This document shows positions 46,592 through 57,743 of a stretch of DNA of 64,000 nucleotides, piece after piece. Numbering within the stretch: the first letter of the stretch is position 1; each line of letters begins with the position of its first letter. Where the stretch lies: NCBI GenBank assembly GCA_963845755.1, contig CAWJTV010000037.1, positions 82,969 to 146,968 on the forward strand. Reading direction: 5' to 3'. The DNA is from an uncultured Planctomycetota bacterium (GTDB lineage: Bacteria; Planctomycetota; Planctomycetia; Isosphaerales; Isosphaeraceae). The translations under genes were made by a program, and so were the position numbers. Under the pieces are notes generated by a model that made no database searches, was not told the DNA's origin, and worked only from the letters and a program-made list of their open reading frames with translations.

Positions 46592-47854
46592 TCAGTGCTC
46601 GATTGTTGTCCTCAACAAGAGTCCCTGAAGCCTCCCGACGCCCGTGTCGGTGACCCGCGTGCGGATGAGCGTCAAAAGGGCCAGCTTGTTGAGGTTCTCG
46701 AGGTGAACGAGTCCGGCGTCGGTGATCCGCGTCTCATCAAGCGACAGGGTTGAAAGTTGCGGAAGGTGCTCGAGGTAGCTGAGGCCGGCATCGGTGATCC
46801 GTGCACGGCTCAGGCTGAGAGTCTGGAGGGCAGTCAATCCCTGGAGATTCACGAGGCCGGCATCCGTGATGTTGATCCGATCGAGCTCGAGGATCTGAAG
46901 AGCGCTCAAGCCCTTGAGATGGATCAACCCCGCGTCGGTGACCGAAGTCCCTGTGAGGGATAGCTCCTGGAGATTCGTCAATCCCGCTAAATGCGCCAGG
47001 CCGGCGCTGCTGATCCGTGTCTTCGTCAGGTTGAGCCGTTGGAGGTTCCTCAAGCCTTTCAGATGCGCCAATCCCGCATCGGTAATCGCCGTATCGGATA
47101 GATCCAACTCCTCCAGGCTCTTCACCCCTTCCAGGTGCACCAGGCCGGAGTCGGTGACCTGGGAACGCTGTAAGTAGACCCTCTGAAGGTTCGTCAGACC
47201 GCCGACCTGGGCCAGCGCGACATCCGCGTTTTGGACTCGCCTCAGAACCAGCTCGCGAAGCCGGCCAAGCCTCTTGAGACCTGCCAATTCGGATTTGGAT
47301 ATACGCGTGTTTGACAGGGAGAGTCGCTCCAGTCTCGTCAGACTCAGAATGTGGGGCAAGACTTGCGACTCGTCGGCGTACCCCATCCGGCTGGGCAACT
47401 CGACAGAAACGACATGGCCGAAGTAATCGACGCCCAATGCATTCACCAGCCACGCCGGCGCGGGCGGCCTGCCGTCCGGAACGGGATTGGCGAACCCGAG
47501 CCTCTCCGCCCAGGACGATCTCCTGGTCGGTTCTGGGACCACAACGACTTTCTCATCGGGCCATTCCCAGTCGTACCAGACCGTGCCGCCCGCTCGCTGG
47601 ATCGCGGCGACGTCCTCGCGTTGGATCCGAGCCGGGTTGACCAGCCAGCCCAACCCCAAGGCCAAAATGAGGATGAGACCGATCAGTGCACGCACGCTCG
47701 GCCGCTTGAACCGACTCCGCCGAGAAGCCGGTTGGACTGGGTTCGCGATGGGGGACTCTTCCTGTAAGGTTGGTCGTTCCGGGCGTTCACGCCAGGGGCT
47801 CTTGGAGAGAATCTCGTGGATGTTCACGGCTCGCTCGCAGAAGAACACGTTCAC
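46592..47854 (-). CDS. Leucine-rich repeat protein (10 x 24-aa repeats), N-terminal TM; start uncertain
   Basis: Repeated LxGLxxLxxLxLxxTxITDAGLxHL. Confidence 0.92.
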   Translation of the reverse strand: MNVFFCERAVNIHEILSKSPWRERPERPTLQEESPIANPVQPASRRSRFKRPSVRALIGLILILALGLGWLVNPARIQREDVAAIQRAGGTVWYDWEWPDEKVVVVPEPTRRSSWAERLGFANPVPDGRPPAPAWLVNALGVDYFGHVVSVELPSRMGYADESQVLPHILSLTRLERLSLSNTRISKSELAGLKRLGRLRELVLRRVQNADVALAQVGGLTNLQRVYLQRSQVTDSGLVHLEGVKSLEELDLSDTAITDAGLAHLKGLRNLQRLNLTKTRISSAGLAHLAGLTNLQELSLTGTSVTDAGLIHLKGLSALQILELDRINITDAGLVNLQGLTALQTLSLSRARITDAGLSYLEHLPQLSTLSLDETRITDAGLVHLENLNKLALLTLIRTRVTDTGVGRLQGLLLRTTIEH

Positions 47855-48072
47855 CGCTCGCCGACGTCAGGACACCTGCCCATCGTAGCGCGCTCGAGGC
47901 TGGCCGGTCGAGACGCGTGGACCATTCCAACCCGAACCTGCTGCCATTGTTCGGGGTCCGTTCGATAGGGAACTCGACGGCCAAATCCTGTAATGGACTT
48001 GCCCCGTCATCTACTATGGATTATCCACGACGTGGAACGACGACCGATTCGGTTGAGACGGCGAGGAGTCAC

Positions 48073-49131
48073 ATGTCGAGTAGCGAGGGCGATGAAGGGG
48101 AACCGACAAGCGGAACAACCGGTGTTCCGCCCCAGGACAATGAGGCCGATCTTCGAGCGTTTATCTATGTCGCGCTGATGGTTATCCTGGGTTCGACCAC
48201 GGCGGCGGCGGCTCGGTATATCGTCCGGGAACTGCCGGTGGTCTGGGTGCCGGTCGTGCGGTTCGGCGTCGCCGGCATCGCCTTGCTGGCGGTGGTCGGT
48301 AAAGTCGGGGCCATGGCGCGGATCTTCCGCCGGGACGGTTGGCTCCTACTCGCCTCCGCGGCTTTGGCGGTGCCGATCAATCAGGGGTTCTTCCTGAATG
48401 CGGCGCGGCTGGGACCGACCTCGCACGTCGGGCTGTTCTATGCGACGTGTCCCCTCGTTGTGCTGTTTCTTGCATGGGCAATGCGCCTGGAGCCGCCGGA
48501 CCTCGGCCGGCTCTGGGGGGTGCTGGCCAGCGTGGTGGGGGTCGTCATCATCGGAGTTGGGAGTGCCTGGAATCCCGGCGGCGCGCCCGCTGAGTCCCAA
48601 GCCGTCGTGATGGCCGATCTCTTGCTCATTGGAGCCGTGATCTCCTGGGGGGGCTATCTCACCGTGAGCAAGCCACTGATCATGCGACATGGCTCGCTGC
48701 CGGTCTTGACGGCCACCTTTCTCGTCGGCGCACTGCTTGACTTCCCGATTGCTCTGCTGAGCTCGCCGCAAATACCGGACTTCTCGCAGGTGACCTCAAC
48801 CGCATGGATCGCCCTGGCGTTCCTCACCCTGTTCATCACGCCGGTCAATCTGGCCTGCCAGAACCTCGCCCTGCGCCGGCTCGACGCCAGTCAGGTGGCG
48901 AATTTCAGCAACGTGTCGCCGATCCTTACCGTCGTCTGGGGAGCCTTGCTATTCGCCGAGGCGATGTCGCCCAGTCTCATCCTCGGTGGGACTCTCACGC
49001 TCGCCGGCGTGATCTGGACCGGTCGCAGCCGGCCGCGGCGATCCCGTGGTGAATGGTCCCCGATTCAGAAGAGTCCGGTTGACGCGCCGCGATTACTCAC
49101 GGTGGCCGCTTCCATTTCCAGTGGCCGTTAA
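48073..49131 (+). CDS. DMT/EamA-family transporter
   Basis: About 10 TMs in two EamA halves; VVRFGVAG, NVSPIL; GAGGAG RBS. Confidence 0.88.
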   Translation: MSSSEGDEGEPTSGTTGVPPQDNEADLRAFIYVALMVILGSTTAAAARYIVRELPVVWVPVVRFGVAGIALLAVVGKVGAMARIFRRDGWLLLASAALAVPINQGFFLNAARLGPTSHVGLFYATCPLVVLFLAWAMRLEPPDLGRLWGVLASVVGVVIIGVGSAWNPGGAPAESQAVVMADLLLIGAVISWGGYLTVSKPLIMRHGSLPVLTATFLVGALLDFPIALLSSPQIPDFSQVTSTAWIALAFLTLFITPVNLACQNLALRRLDASQVANFSNVSPILTVVWGALLFAEAMSPSLILGGTLTLAGVIWTGRSRPRRSRGEWSPIQKSPVDAPRLLTVAASISSGR

Positions 49132-49154
49132 GGACCCTCGGAGGTAGGCTGCGG

Positions 49155-50345
49155 ATGTCGTCTACCCGCTCTTTGCGGACGGCTGACCGGCGACCACTGA
49201 CGACCTCTCCCCGCAGGGGAGCCCTGGCCGTCTACGTAACCAGTCATGGTTTTGGACATCTAAACCGGACGGCCGCCGTCCTGAATCGGATTCCGGAGAC
49301 GGTTCGTGTAGCCATCCGATCGCACGCGAATCTGTTCGATCTGTGGCGTCTGCGCGTGACGCGGCCGATCGAGCTGGGCGAGTTTGTATCGGACGCAGGA
49401 GCGGTCAATCCACCGGGCGATAGTGCGGCGACCGATGGCCCCGCGACGCTCCAACGGGCGATTCAGGTGCACGCCGGGGCGATCGCGAGACTCGACGACG
49501 AGGTGAGATGGCTCCGGGATCAGTCGATCGCAGCCGTCTTGTGCGATGCGCCGGCGATCCCGCTTGTGGCGGCCCGACGCGCGGGGGTCCCGGGCTTCCT
49601 CATGTCGAATTTCACCTGGGCGGACATCTACGCGCCCCATGCGCGGTCAGTGGGCGGCGAGGCGCTTCGGCTGGTCGCTGAACTGCGCGCGGCCTATCGT
49701 CATGCCACGGCGCTGTTCCGAATCCAGCCGGCCTTGCGGATGGCCTGGCTAAAGCCGTCGATCGACGTCGGCATGGTCGCCAACCAGGGCCACAACCGGC
49801 GCCGGGAGCTGGCCGACAGACTCGGGCTGACGCGTCGCGAGCGCCTTGTCTATCTCTATATCGGACGATATGGCCAGCACGATCTGGACTGGTCCCACCT
49901 GGAGCGCCTCGGTGACGGCGGCATTCATTTCGTCAGCTATGACCCCGTGCCGGATGGAAGGCCGGCAAACCTGCACATCATTGCTTCCGACGGTTGGCCC
50001 GGTGGCGATCTCATCGCCTCCTGCGATGTGGTCGTCGCCAAGGCGGGCTATGCAACCGGCTGCGAGGCGATGGCCAGCGGCACGCCGATGATTTATCCTC
50101 CACGTCAGGGATTTGCCGAGTTCCGCTCGCTGGACCGCACCCTCCGGGCCTGGGCGGGCGGTGTGCCGGTCTCCAGTCGTGACTTCCAGGGCCTGCGACT
50201 GGAGCGGGCGCTGGAGCGGGCGTTCGCGATCGAGCCCGGTCCGCCGCCGTTCCCGGCCGATGGGGCTGCCCGGATTGCTCGCTATCTGACAAAGCTCTGC
50301 CAGGCCCCTTCGAAGACACCCAGCCCACCGGAGACGCTTCCATGA
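49155..50345 (+). CDS. GT-B fold glycosyltransferase-like protein
   Basis: YVTSHGFGH, SNFTWADIY, VVAKAGYAT; resembles the GT-like domain of L-arabinokinase. Confidence 0.7.
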   Translation: MSSTRSLRTADRRPLTTSPRRGALAVYVTSHGFGHLNRTAAVLNRIPETVRVAIRSHANLFDLWRLRVTRPIELGEFVSDAGAVNPPGDSAATDGPATLQRAIQVHAGAIARLDDEVRWLRDQSIAAVLCDAPAIPLVAARRAGVPGFLMSNFTWADIYAPHARSVGGEALRLVAELRAAYRHATALFRIQPALRMAWLKPSIDVGMVANQGHNRRRELADRLGLTRRERLVYLYIGRYGQHDLDWSHLERLGDGGIHFVSYDPVPDGRPANLHIIASDGWPGGDLIASCDVVVAKAGYATGCEAMASGTPMIYPPRQGFAEFRSLDRTLRAWAGGVPVSSRDFQGLRLERALERAFAIEPGPPPFPADGAARIARYLTKLCQAPSKTPSPPETLP

Positions 50346-51350
50346 AACTGGTGATTCATCCGGCCGTGGATCCCGAGCGATTCCTGGCCCTGCAAGCCGC
50401 AGCGCCGGGGGCCGAGTGGGTGAATGCCCGGTCCGCCGCCGAGGCGGAGGCGGCCATGCCCGGCGCCGATGCCTTGATCGGCAAGATCACGCCCCCGATG
50501 CTGGCCCGAGCCGATCGCCTGCGGTGGGTCCAGTCGTTCACCGCCAGTCTCGAGCATTACATGTTTCCGGAACTGGAGGCCCACCCCTGCGTGCTCACCA
50601 ATGTTCGCGGCCTCTTCGGCGACGTGATCGCCGACCAGGTGATGGGATATGTCCTCTGTTTCGCCCGCAACTTGCATCGATACATCCGCCAGCAGGTGGA
50701 GCACCGTTATGAGCCGGCTGGCGGCGAAGAGGCGCGGGTGAGTTCGGCGACCGGCCCGGACGTGGTGAACGCGATGGACCGCGCGACGATCTATCTCCCT
50801 GATGCCACCATGGGGATCATCGGCATGGGAGGGATCGGCTGCGAGATCGCGCATCGCGCCCGGTCTTTCGGGATGACAGTCCGGGGCGTCAACCGTTTCC
50901 CTGATCGCGTCGAGGTGCCCCAGGGAGTCGAGACCATCATGGGAACGGACCGGCTCCCCGACCTGCTCGCCTGGAGCGATTTCGCCGTCATCGCGGCGCC
51001 CCAGACTCCCGAGACCACCGGCTGGTTCCACGCGGCGACCCTGGCGCACCTCCGCCCGTCCAGCTACCTGATCAATATCGGTCGCGGGGCCATCGTCATC
51101 CTTGATGATCTCGTCGCCGCTCTGGCCGCGGGCCGGCTCGCTGGCGCGGCGCGTCGATGTCTATGAGGTCGAGCCCCTGCCCGCCGATCACCCACTCTGG
51201 GACTTCCCCAACGTGATCCTCACGCCTCATACCGCGGGATACTCGCCGGTCATCGCCGCGCGACACCTCGCCTCGCTCGTCGAGAACGTGGGCCGATTCG
51301 CACGCGGCGAGCCACTCATCAAGGTCGTTGATAAATCCCTATGGTTCTAG
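50342..51350 (+). CDS. D-2-hydroxyacid dehydrogenase (frameshift ~51150)
   Basis: GIIGMGGIG, INIGRG, DVYEVEPLP, ILTPHTAG; ATGA overlap with the upstream gene. Confidence 0.92.
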
Positions 51351-51397
51351 TGCGCCTCACAGTTGGGTGGCACACACTCGAAGCCTGTTCCCGAAGA

Positions 51398-51474
51398 ACC
51401 CCCCCGAACCCCCCCTTCGCAAGGAGGGGACGAGAAACGCGCTTTTCCCGATCAGTATCCCCCCCTTGCGAAGG
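51398..51474. repeat. REP-like palindromic element: left arm plus the start of the interrupted right arm
   Basis: ACCCCCCCGAACCCCCCCTTCGCAAGGAGGGGA (51398-51430) matches, at 32/33 bp, the reverse complement of the arm rebuilt from 51458-51474 plus 53077-53092. Confidence 0.8.
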
Positions 51475-53065
51475 CAGTGAGTTCAGGGTTTTCCTCTGGC
51501 TCTAGGGGGCCCCGTCTTTTGCTCATGTGCTTGCTGGAGAACCCGGTAGGTCGACGTATGGTTGCCGAGCACACGCTTCTTGACTTTCTGATGACCGCCA
51601 CGGCCGGAGCTGGGCGCTTTCCACCAACGGTCGCTCCAGGCGCCTGCGCAACCGCTCCCGCAAGTACGTGCACGCACCTCACTCGCCGTCGGCACGGCGC
51701 CCAGCAACGACAGCAACGTCTTGACCTCAACCAACTCGCTGACCGACACCATTTGCCGCTCCACGTCGCCGAAGAGCTTCTCGTTGGAGATCGCCTTCGC
51801 CTCGCACTCTTGATGCGATGCCAGGTGCGTACGCACGACTTGCAGGGCGTTGTACAGCAGCAGGCAGAACGACAACTGGAACAGGACCGCCTTCGGCTGC
51901 GTGCCGATCAGGTGCTTCAGCGAGAACACGTCGGTGATCTGCTGGAAGACCGTCTCCAGACCCCAACGACTCCGATACGTCGAGAGCATCGCCACGGCGG
52001 AATACGTCGTCTCGTCCAACAGGTCCGTGATCACGCCGAGCTCTTTGCCGTCGGCCAGATGCTTGGTGATCCGGCGCACGTACACGCGGTCCGCCTTGGC
52101 GACCTTGCCCAGCCAGCCCCACTCCTGCACGATCCGGCGCCCGTCGGCGTCGCGGCTGCTCCTGCGCCGGCCGGGACGCATCGGGAACGAACGTCGTATT
52201 GCTGCAGTAGCGGATCAGGAAATGGCCGCCGGCCTTCAACACCTTCTGGGGAAAACTCAGGTTGCAGTAGAGTCGGTCCAGGACCACCAACCACGGCTTC
52301 TCCACGCCGCCGGCCAGCGCCGCGAGCTTCGGCAGCAGGCCCTCGGTGAGAGCCGCTTCACCGGCTTCGCCGTCGAGGTGGCCCACCATCGCGACGGCCA
52401 GGCCCGTCCGCAGGTCCAAGCCCACCGACGCCCGCCGCACCGAGGATCCCCGCCTGCAAGCCGCGCAACGGCTTGAGGAGCCGGCGAACGTGCTTGATCG
52501 CCTTGCCGTCGGCCCCGAAGACTTCGAACCCGGCCCAACACGCCGGCAACGGGTCCACGGCCAGGGTCTCAGGCAGGACCGCGTTGAGCCGCTGGGTGCC
52601 TTCGGCGAGCAGGGCCTCGCTGAGGGGCAGGGGCAGGTTCCCCAACTTGTCATAGGACGAGGTGATCGAGACCGGCAGCGTGCCCTGTTCCTGGGCCCGC
52701 GTGAAGGCCTGGTAGCCACTCCCCTCGTGCTCGATCAAGGCATCGGTGATCAGATGGGCCAGCGTGCGGAACTTCAACTGCTTCTCGAAGCAGGGCCCGC
52801 GATTTCGCGCCCAGAGATCATCCAGCCACGAATCCGCCATCGCGAAGTGCAGCAACCGCCACACCGAGTCGGCCAGAGGAAGCCGACTCAGCACCTCGGC
52901 GGCAAACGGGGTGTCGTTGAGGACCGAAGGACTCCGGACGGCTGCGGAAAAGACGGCGACCTCCATAACCGAAGGACTCCTGAGAGGACCGAAGGTGCAA
53001 TCCGATGGGTATTTATGATACGGACCTCGGATCCGCGGTGGAACGCCAAGACCCTGAACTCACTG
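51475..53065 (-). mobile_element. IS4-family insertion sequence, 1,591 bp
   Basis: Perfect 15-bp terminal inverted repeats CAGTGAGTTCAGGGT (51475-51489; 53051-53065). 11-bp direct repeats CCTTGCGAAGG at 51464-51474 and 53066-53076. Confidence 0.93.
51483..52966 (-). CDS. IS4-family DDE transposase (frameshifts ~52435, ~52165)
   Basis: GADGK, VLDRLY, YRSRWGLETVF (YxxRWxxE signature); the stop codon lies inside the terminal repeat. Confidence 0.88.
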
Positions 53066-53171
53066 CCTTGCGAAGGGGGGGTTCGGGGGGGTGAATTCGC
53101 GGAGCCACAGGGCGTGCGCAATGCAAAAGTTAAGCGCTCTAACCGCGTACATTCCTCGAGGAGGAGTCAGC

Positions 53172-54074
53172 ATGATGACGCAGCCAATGAGAGCGAGGTT
53201 CGTCGCAGTGCTCGGGGTGCTGTGCGTGACATCCGGATCGATCGCAATGGCCGACGAGCCGAAGGTCAAGACCGAGCGCGATATCGTGTATACCAAAGTC
53301 GGGGCGACGGAGTTGAAGCTCGACATTGCCCGGCCGGCCCAAGGAGCTGGGCCGTTCCCGGCGGTCATGGCGATCCATGGTGGGGCGTGGCGTGGAGGAG
53401 ACAAGGGCTCGATGGGCCCGCTGTTGCTCGAGTTCGCGAATCACGGGTACGTGGCGATCTCGCCGCAGTACCGGTTCTGTCCCAAGGAGGTCTTCCCCGC
53501 CCAGGTCCATGACGTGAAGGCCGCGGTCCGATGGCTCAAGACTAACGCCAAGACGTACCACGTCGATCCCGAACGTCTTGGCGCGATCGGCTTCTCGGCA
53601 GGAGGCCACCTGGCATTGATGCTGGGCGTGACCGGGCCGGGCGACGGGTTGGAGGGAGACGCCGTCACGGGGGTTCCGGACACTCGCATCAAGGCTGTGG
53701 TCAACTATTTCGGTCCGAGCGACCTGGGAGCCAAGGATATCCCCGCCCTCTCCAAACCCCTGGTCAAGGATTTCCTGGGTGCAACAGCCGAGGAAAAACC
53801 CGATCTGGCGGCCAAGGCCTCGCCACGGACCTATGTCTCCTCGGATGACCCGCCGATCTTGACCTTCCAGGGGACCAAGGATCCGCTCGTCCCCTTCACG
53901 CAGGCAATCGTACTGTCCGAGGCGATGACGGACAAACGTGTCCCGGGCCGAGTCGAGCTCATGATCGGGGCGCAGCACGGCTGGAGTGGCGCGGAGCTGG
54001 AGCGCACCAGGGACGAGACCTTCCGGTTCTTCGACAAATACCTCCGGCCCGCCACCGTCGCGAAAAAGCCATGA
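53172..54074 (+). CDS. Secreted alpha/beta hydrolase (HSL/BD-FAE-like esterase)
   Basis: Signal peptide; IHGGAW, GFSAGGHLA, QGTKDPLVP, GAQHG. Confidence 0.92.
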   Translation: MMTQPMRARFVAVLGVLCVTSGSIAMADEPKVKTERDIVYTKVGATELKLDIARPAQGAGPFPAVMAIHGGAWRGGDKGSMGPLLLEFANHGYVAISPQYRFCPKEVFPAQVHDVKAAVRWLKTNAKTYHVDPERLGAIGFSAGGHLALMLGVTGPGDGLEGDAVTGVPDTRIKAVVNYFGPSDLGAKDIPALSKPLVKDFLGATAEEKPDLAAKASPRTYVSSDDPPILTFQGTKDPLVPFTQAIVLSEAMTDKRVPGRVELMIGAQHGWSGAELERTRDETFRFFDKYLRPATVAKKP

Positions 54075-54089
54075 GTCACGCGTCGCGCT

Positions 54090-54914
54090 TCAAACGAGCG
54101 GCAGAAACGTACGAAGGCATGCGATGCTTTGTCGAGCGGTCTCCTCGGCCCCGCATGAGAAGTCGAAGACTTCCACCGAGACCCAACGATCGTAGCCCGA
54201 CGCGACGAGCGCGTGCAGGATCGGTCCGAAGTCCACGTCGCCCATGCCCGGACCGCGTAGGTTCACGTCCTGCGCATGGAAGTGGCCCGCATGCGCCCCG
54301 CAGCGCCGGATCAGTTCGGGGACCGTCGCGCCCGGCTCGCTGCTCTGCGCCTTGACGTCCAGATGCAACCGCAGATGCGGATGGTTCACGCGACGGATCA
54401 CCTCCATCGCCTGGGCGCAGGTGTTGATGAAGTTCGTGTCGTTCGGTGCCAGCGGCTCGAGGCAGAGGTCGACTTCGGTTGAATCCAGCGCAGGCAGCAC
54501 TTGATGGAAGACCTCGATCGCGTAGTCCAGGGCCTGGTCGTAGGTCACGCCAGGCAACAAGTCTCGCTGCTTGGGAGAGCCCAGCACCATCAGTGAGCCG
54601 CCCAGGTCGCGGGTCGCCTCCGCGAGCGACGACAGGTAGCTCGCGGTCGCCCGTCGAACCGCCGGATCGGGCGACGTGAGGTAATACCCTTCCGTCCTGG
54701 CCAGCAGCCAGTGTAACCCGATCGTCTCGAGGCCCGCATTCTCGACCTCGGTCCTTAGCTCACGGCGCCGCGTCGGGGTCAGTTCTTCGATCCGCTGTGC
54801 AAGAGTGAAGGGAGCGATCTCCAGCCCGTCGTAGCCCAGGGCCTTGACGGTCCGACACACTCGTCCGAACTCCCAACCTTCGAAGAGCTCGTTGCAGATG
54901 CCTAGTTTGATCAA
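54090..54914 (-). CDS. Sugar phosphate isomerase/epimerase (AP endonuclease 2 TIM barrel)
   Basis: GYDGLEIAP, LCLEPL, LHLDVK, HFHAQD, WVSVEVF; TTG start after GAGG. Confidence 0.88.
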   Translation of the reverse strand: MIKLGICNELFEGWEFGRVCRTVKALGYDGLEIAPFTLAQRIEELTPTRRRELRTEVENAGLETIGLHWLLARTEGYYLTSPDPAVRRATASYLSSLAEATRDLGGSLMVLGSPKQRDLLPGVTYDQALDYAIEVFHQVLPALDSTEVDLCLEPLAPNDTNFINTCAQAMEVIRRVNHPHLRLHLDVKAQSSEPGATVPELIRRCGAHAGHFHAQDVNLRGPGMGDVDFGPILHALVASGYDRWVSVEVFDFSCGAEETARQSIACLRTFLPLV

Positions 54915-54966
54915 GGTATGGCCTCGCTTCGCTCGACAGTAGGCAGTGAAAACAGTTCGTAACGAG

Positions 54967-55831
54967 TCACTGGGCACGACGAGCCGCAGTGAGCGTGTTT
55001 CGAAGTAGCATGGCGACGGTCATCGGTCCGACACCGCCAGGTACGGGCGTGATGCGTGATGCGACCTGGACGACACTGGAAAAATGGACGTCGCCGCAGA
55101 GCCGGCCGTCGTCGCGCCTGTGGATTCCGACGTCGATGACGACGGCGCCCGGTTTGACCCAATCGGCGGTGACCTGCTCGGCCCGACCCATCGCGACGAT
55201 GAGGATATCCGCCTGCCGAGCCAGCGCCGGCAGGTTCGCGGGTCGCCGTGTGGCAGACCGTCACCGTTGCATCGCCCCCCGGTCCTTTCTGGAGGAGCAG
55301 TAACGCCATCGGCTTGCCGACGAGTTGCGACCGGCCCAGGACGACCACGTGAGCTCCACGCGTCTCGACCTTCGCGTGGAGCAGCAGCTCGCGAATCCCC
55401 AGCGGCGTGCACGGGACGAATCGCGGAGCCCCCTGGGCGAGCATCCCGAAGTTGACCGGATGGAACCCGTCCACGTCTTTACCCGGCGACACGTGCTCGA
55501 TGACGGCGCGCTCGTCGATGTGTCGGGGCAGCGGCATCTGGACGAGGATTCCATGCACCATCGGGTCATCGTTAAGCCGATCGATCGCGGACAGCAACTC
55601 AGCCTGGGTCGTCTCGGCGGAAAGGCGCAAGACGGCGCCATTCATTCCGGCCGCCGTGCTGGCTTTCTGCTTACTTCCGACATAGACGCGGCTGGCCGGG
55701 TCATCACCGACGAGGATGACACTCAGGCCCGGGATCACGGCGGTACGCGAGGTGAACTCCTTGACCTCCGCCGCGACCTGACTGCGAATCTCGTCCGCCA
55801 GCGCTTTTCCATCGATGATCTCAGCAGCCAC
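54967..55831 (-). CDS. folD: Methylenetetrahydrofolate dehydrogenase/cyclohydrolase (frameshift ~55228)
   Basis: [58 protein letters not shown]. Confidence 0.96.
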
Positions 55832-55958
55832 GGGGTTCCCCTGCTCGGTGGTGAAGTCCTCTCGGCCGGCAAGGGAATCTTCCCCGACTTGCGCCTTTCT
55901 TCAAGGGAACCGACGATGGGCTGCGTCGAAAAGCACGCGGTCCATGGTTGAGAGGGAC

Positions 55959-55987
55959 TGGCAAACCGGTGGAAAACCCCGTAGAAT
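55959..55987 (+). promoter_or_regulatory. Putative sigma70 promoter for tRNA-Lys
   Basis: TGGCAA-17 nt-TAGAAT. Confidence 0.45.
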
Positions 55988-56068
55988 ACTCTTCTGGCGC
56001 ACCAGCAAGGGGATGCCTGAAAGCTCCCTCGCTCGTGCGCCGGATTCGTCTCATCGCAGACGAGTTTT

Positions 56069-56141
<73 letters not shown>

Positions 56142-56214
56142 CTTGCGACAGTATCCGGCAGTTTGCGGATGGATGCGCCTAACCCCGCAAACTCCAAAGG
56201 GTTGCGATCCATCT

Positions 56215-57467
56215 TCACGTCATCGTCGAACCCGTCATTCCGCCAATTTCCGGCAGCATCTGTACAGTTGCGGGCTCTGCGGTGGGAAAATGGTGGGAAA
56301 GGCGTTCGCTTATGGGTGTCACAGCGGGGTCGGTCCGCGTCATGGCGACGGGCTCGGCCGGGGTCGATTCCCTCGGGGTCAAGTCGGGGAGATTCTCGAC
56401 CGCTCCCTTGATATCATGCAGGGAAGCCTTGGCATAGACGCCGATGGTCAAGGCGGGGGTCGAATGCCGGGCCAAGGTCTGACAGGTCTTGACTGACGCT
56501 CCCGAGGCGACGAGGTTGGACACGTAGGCGGCGCGAAGGGCATGGAAGTCGGCGATCCCCGTGGCAGTCTCGTAGCGGGATGCCGGCGGCTTCCAGGTTG
56601 ACGCGGAGCATCTCGGCCGTGCGTTCGGTCATCCCGTCGAACACGGGCTTCCCAGGGGCCTTACGGGACAGCCAGTGGCGGAGTCGATCGGCCAGCGCCA
56701 CGGCGATCGGCTGGATAGCTTCCTTGCCGTTCTTGGCGTAGGCGGCTTGGACCGTCACGGTCGGAGGGTCGGCATCGAGAGCGAACCGCTCGGGGGTCAA
56801 CGTCGCCAACTCGTCCGCACGGAATCCCGTCCCAAGAGCCAGGTCATAGAGCCTCGCACGCTCGGGGCCAGTCAACCCCCCGGCCTCGGGGCCGGCTCGG
56901 CGGCCTTGATGACTTTGACGGCCTCCTCGGGTGTCAGGGCGCGGCGGATCCCGGCGGCGGTCGGCTTGCTCGTTAAACTTGGCCAGAGTCTCCAAAGTGT
57001 AATCCGGGGCTCGGCCATCGCGCTTGAGCCATCGGGAAAGCGACTTGGCGGCGGTCAGGTAGGCGTTGACGGCGCGGGCCGACAATTCATCGGCCTTGAG
57101 GGCGGCCACGGCCTGCATGACCGCGGAAGGGGTCAGATCGGCGATCCGCTCGATGCCGGCCAGCTTGAGGACGCGCTCGATGTAGGTCCGGGTCGAACGG
57201 ACGTGCTTCGGGTCGCACCCCTTGGATTCCATCCCGGCGATGAAGTCGTCGATGTGCTCGCCGATCGGACGGCTTGCCTTCCCGTGCGATCCGTTCGGCC
57301 TTTGGATCGGACAGTCCGGCCCGAACGCGGGCGGCCCGTGCCTCGGCGTCGCGGGCCAGTTCCTCGGTCACTCGCTTGTCGGGGCAACCCTTCCGCTCGC
57401 GCTTCTCCCCGTTCTCATCCACGAAACGGTAATACCAGACCTTGCCATGCTTCCTGAACGACGCCAT
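56215..57467 (-). CDS. Tyrosine recombinase/integrase (several frameshifts)
   Basis: Arm-like N-terminus MASFRKHGKVWYYRFVDENG; catalytic motifs GFRADEL, KNG, DFHALR, LARHSTPALTIGVY. Confidence 0.92.
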
Positions 57468-57468
57468 G

Positions 57469-57691
57469 TCACTTCCCTTTCCTCGCATCATCTCGGGGCC
57501 GAATCACAATCTCAAATCCGAGGGCGTCCAGAATCTTGTCGATCGTCTCGAAGCTCGCCTCGCGTTCCCCTTTGAGGAACTTGGAAATCGTTCCCTCGGT
57601 CAGCCCTACCAGCCGGGCTAAGTCACGCTGCGAAATACCTGCGCTCCCAGAGCGTCTCTTGAACCATTGCTCTCAACTCCGGACCGAACAT
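57469..57691 (-). CDS. XRE/Cro-like HTH regulator (one frameshift; missing from the ORF track)
   Basis: GAGGGGAG RBS; GISQRDLARLVGLTEGTISKFLKGEREASFETIDKILDALG; stop 1 nt before the integrase ATG. Confidence 0.8.
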
Positions 57692-57743
57692 CGCTTGCTC
57701 CCCTCGAAGGGATACGGGGCATCCTTGCCCCTCGGGTTGATCC

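Noticed and set aside
46592..47350. 72-bp periodicity as a DNA repeat element
   Set aside because: Fully explained by 24-aa leucine-rich repeats.
55200..55250. Programmed frameshifting or pseudogene status for folD and other split genes
   Set aside because: No slippery-site pattern seen, and the breaks are spread over unrelated genes; sequencing error is simpler.
55950..56045. ZTP (pfl) or c-di-GMP riboswitch-like GACTGGCAAACCGGTGGAAAACC near folD
   Set aside because: It is on the opposite strand to folD and lacks the downstream conserved elements. A tRNA promoter explains it better.
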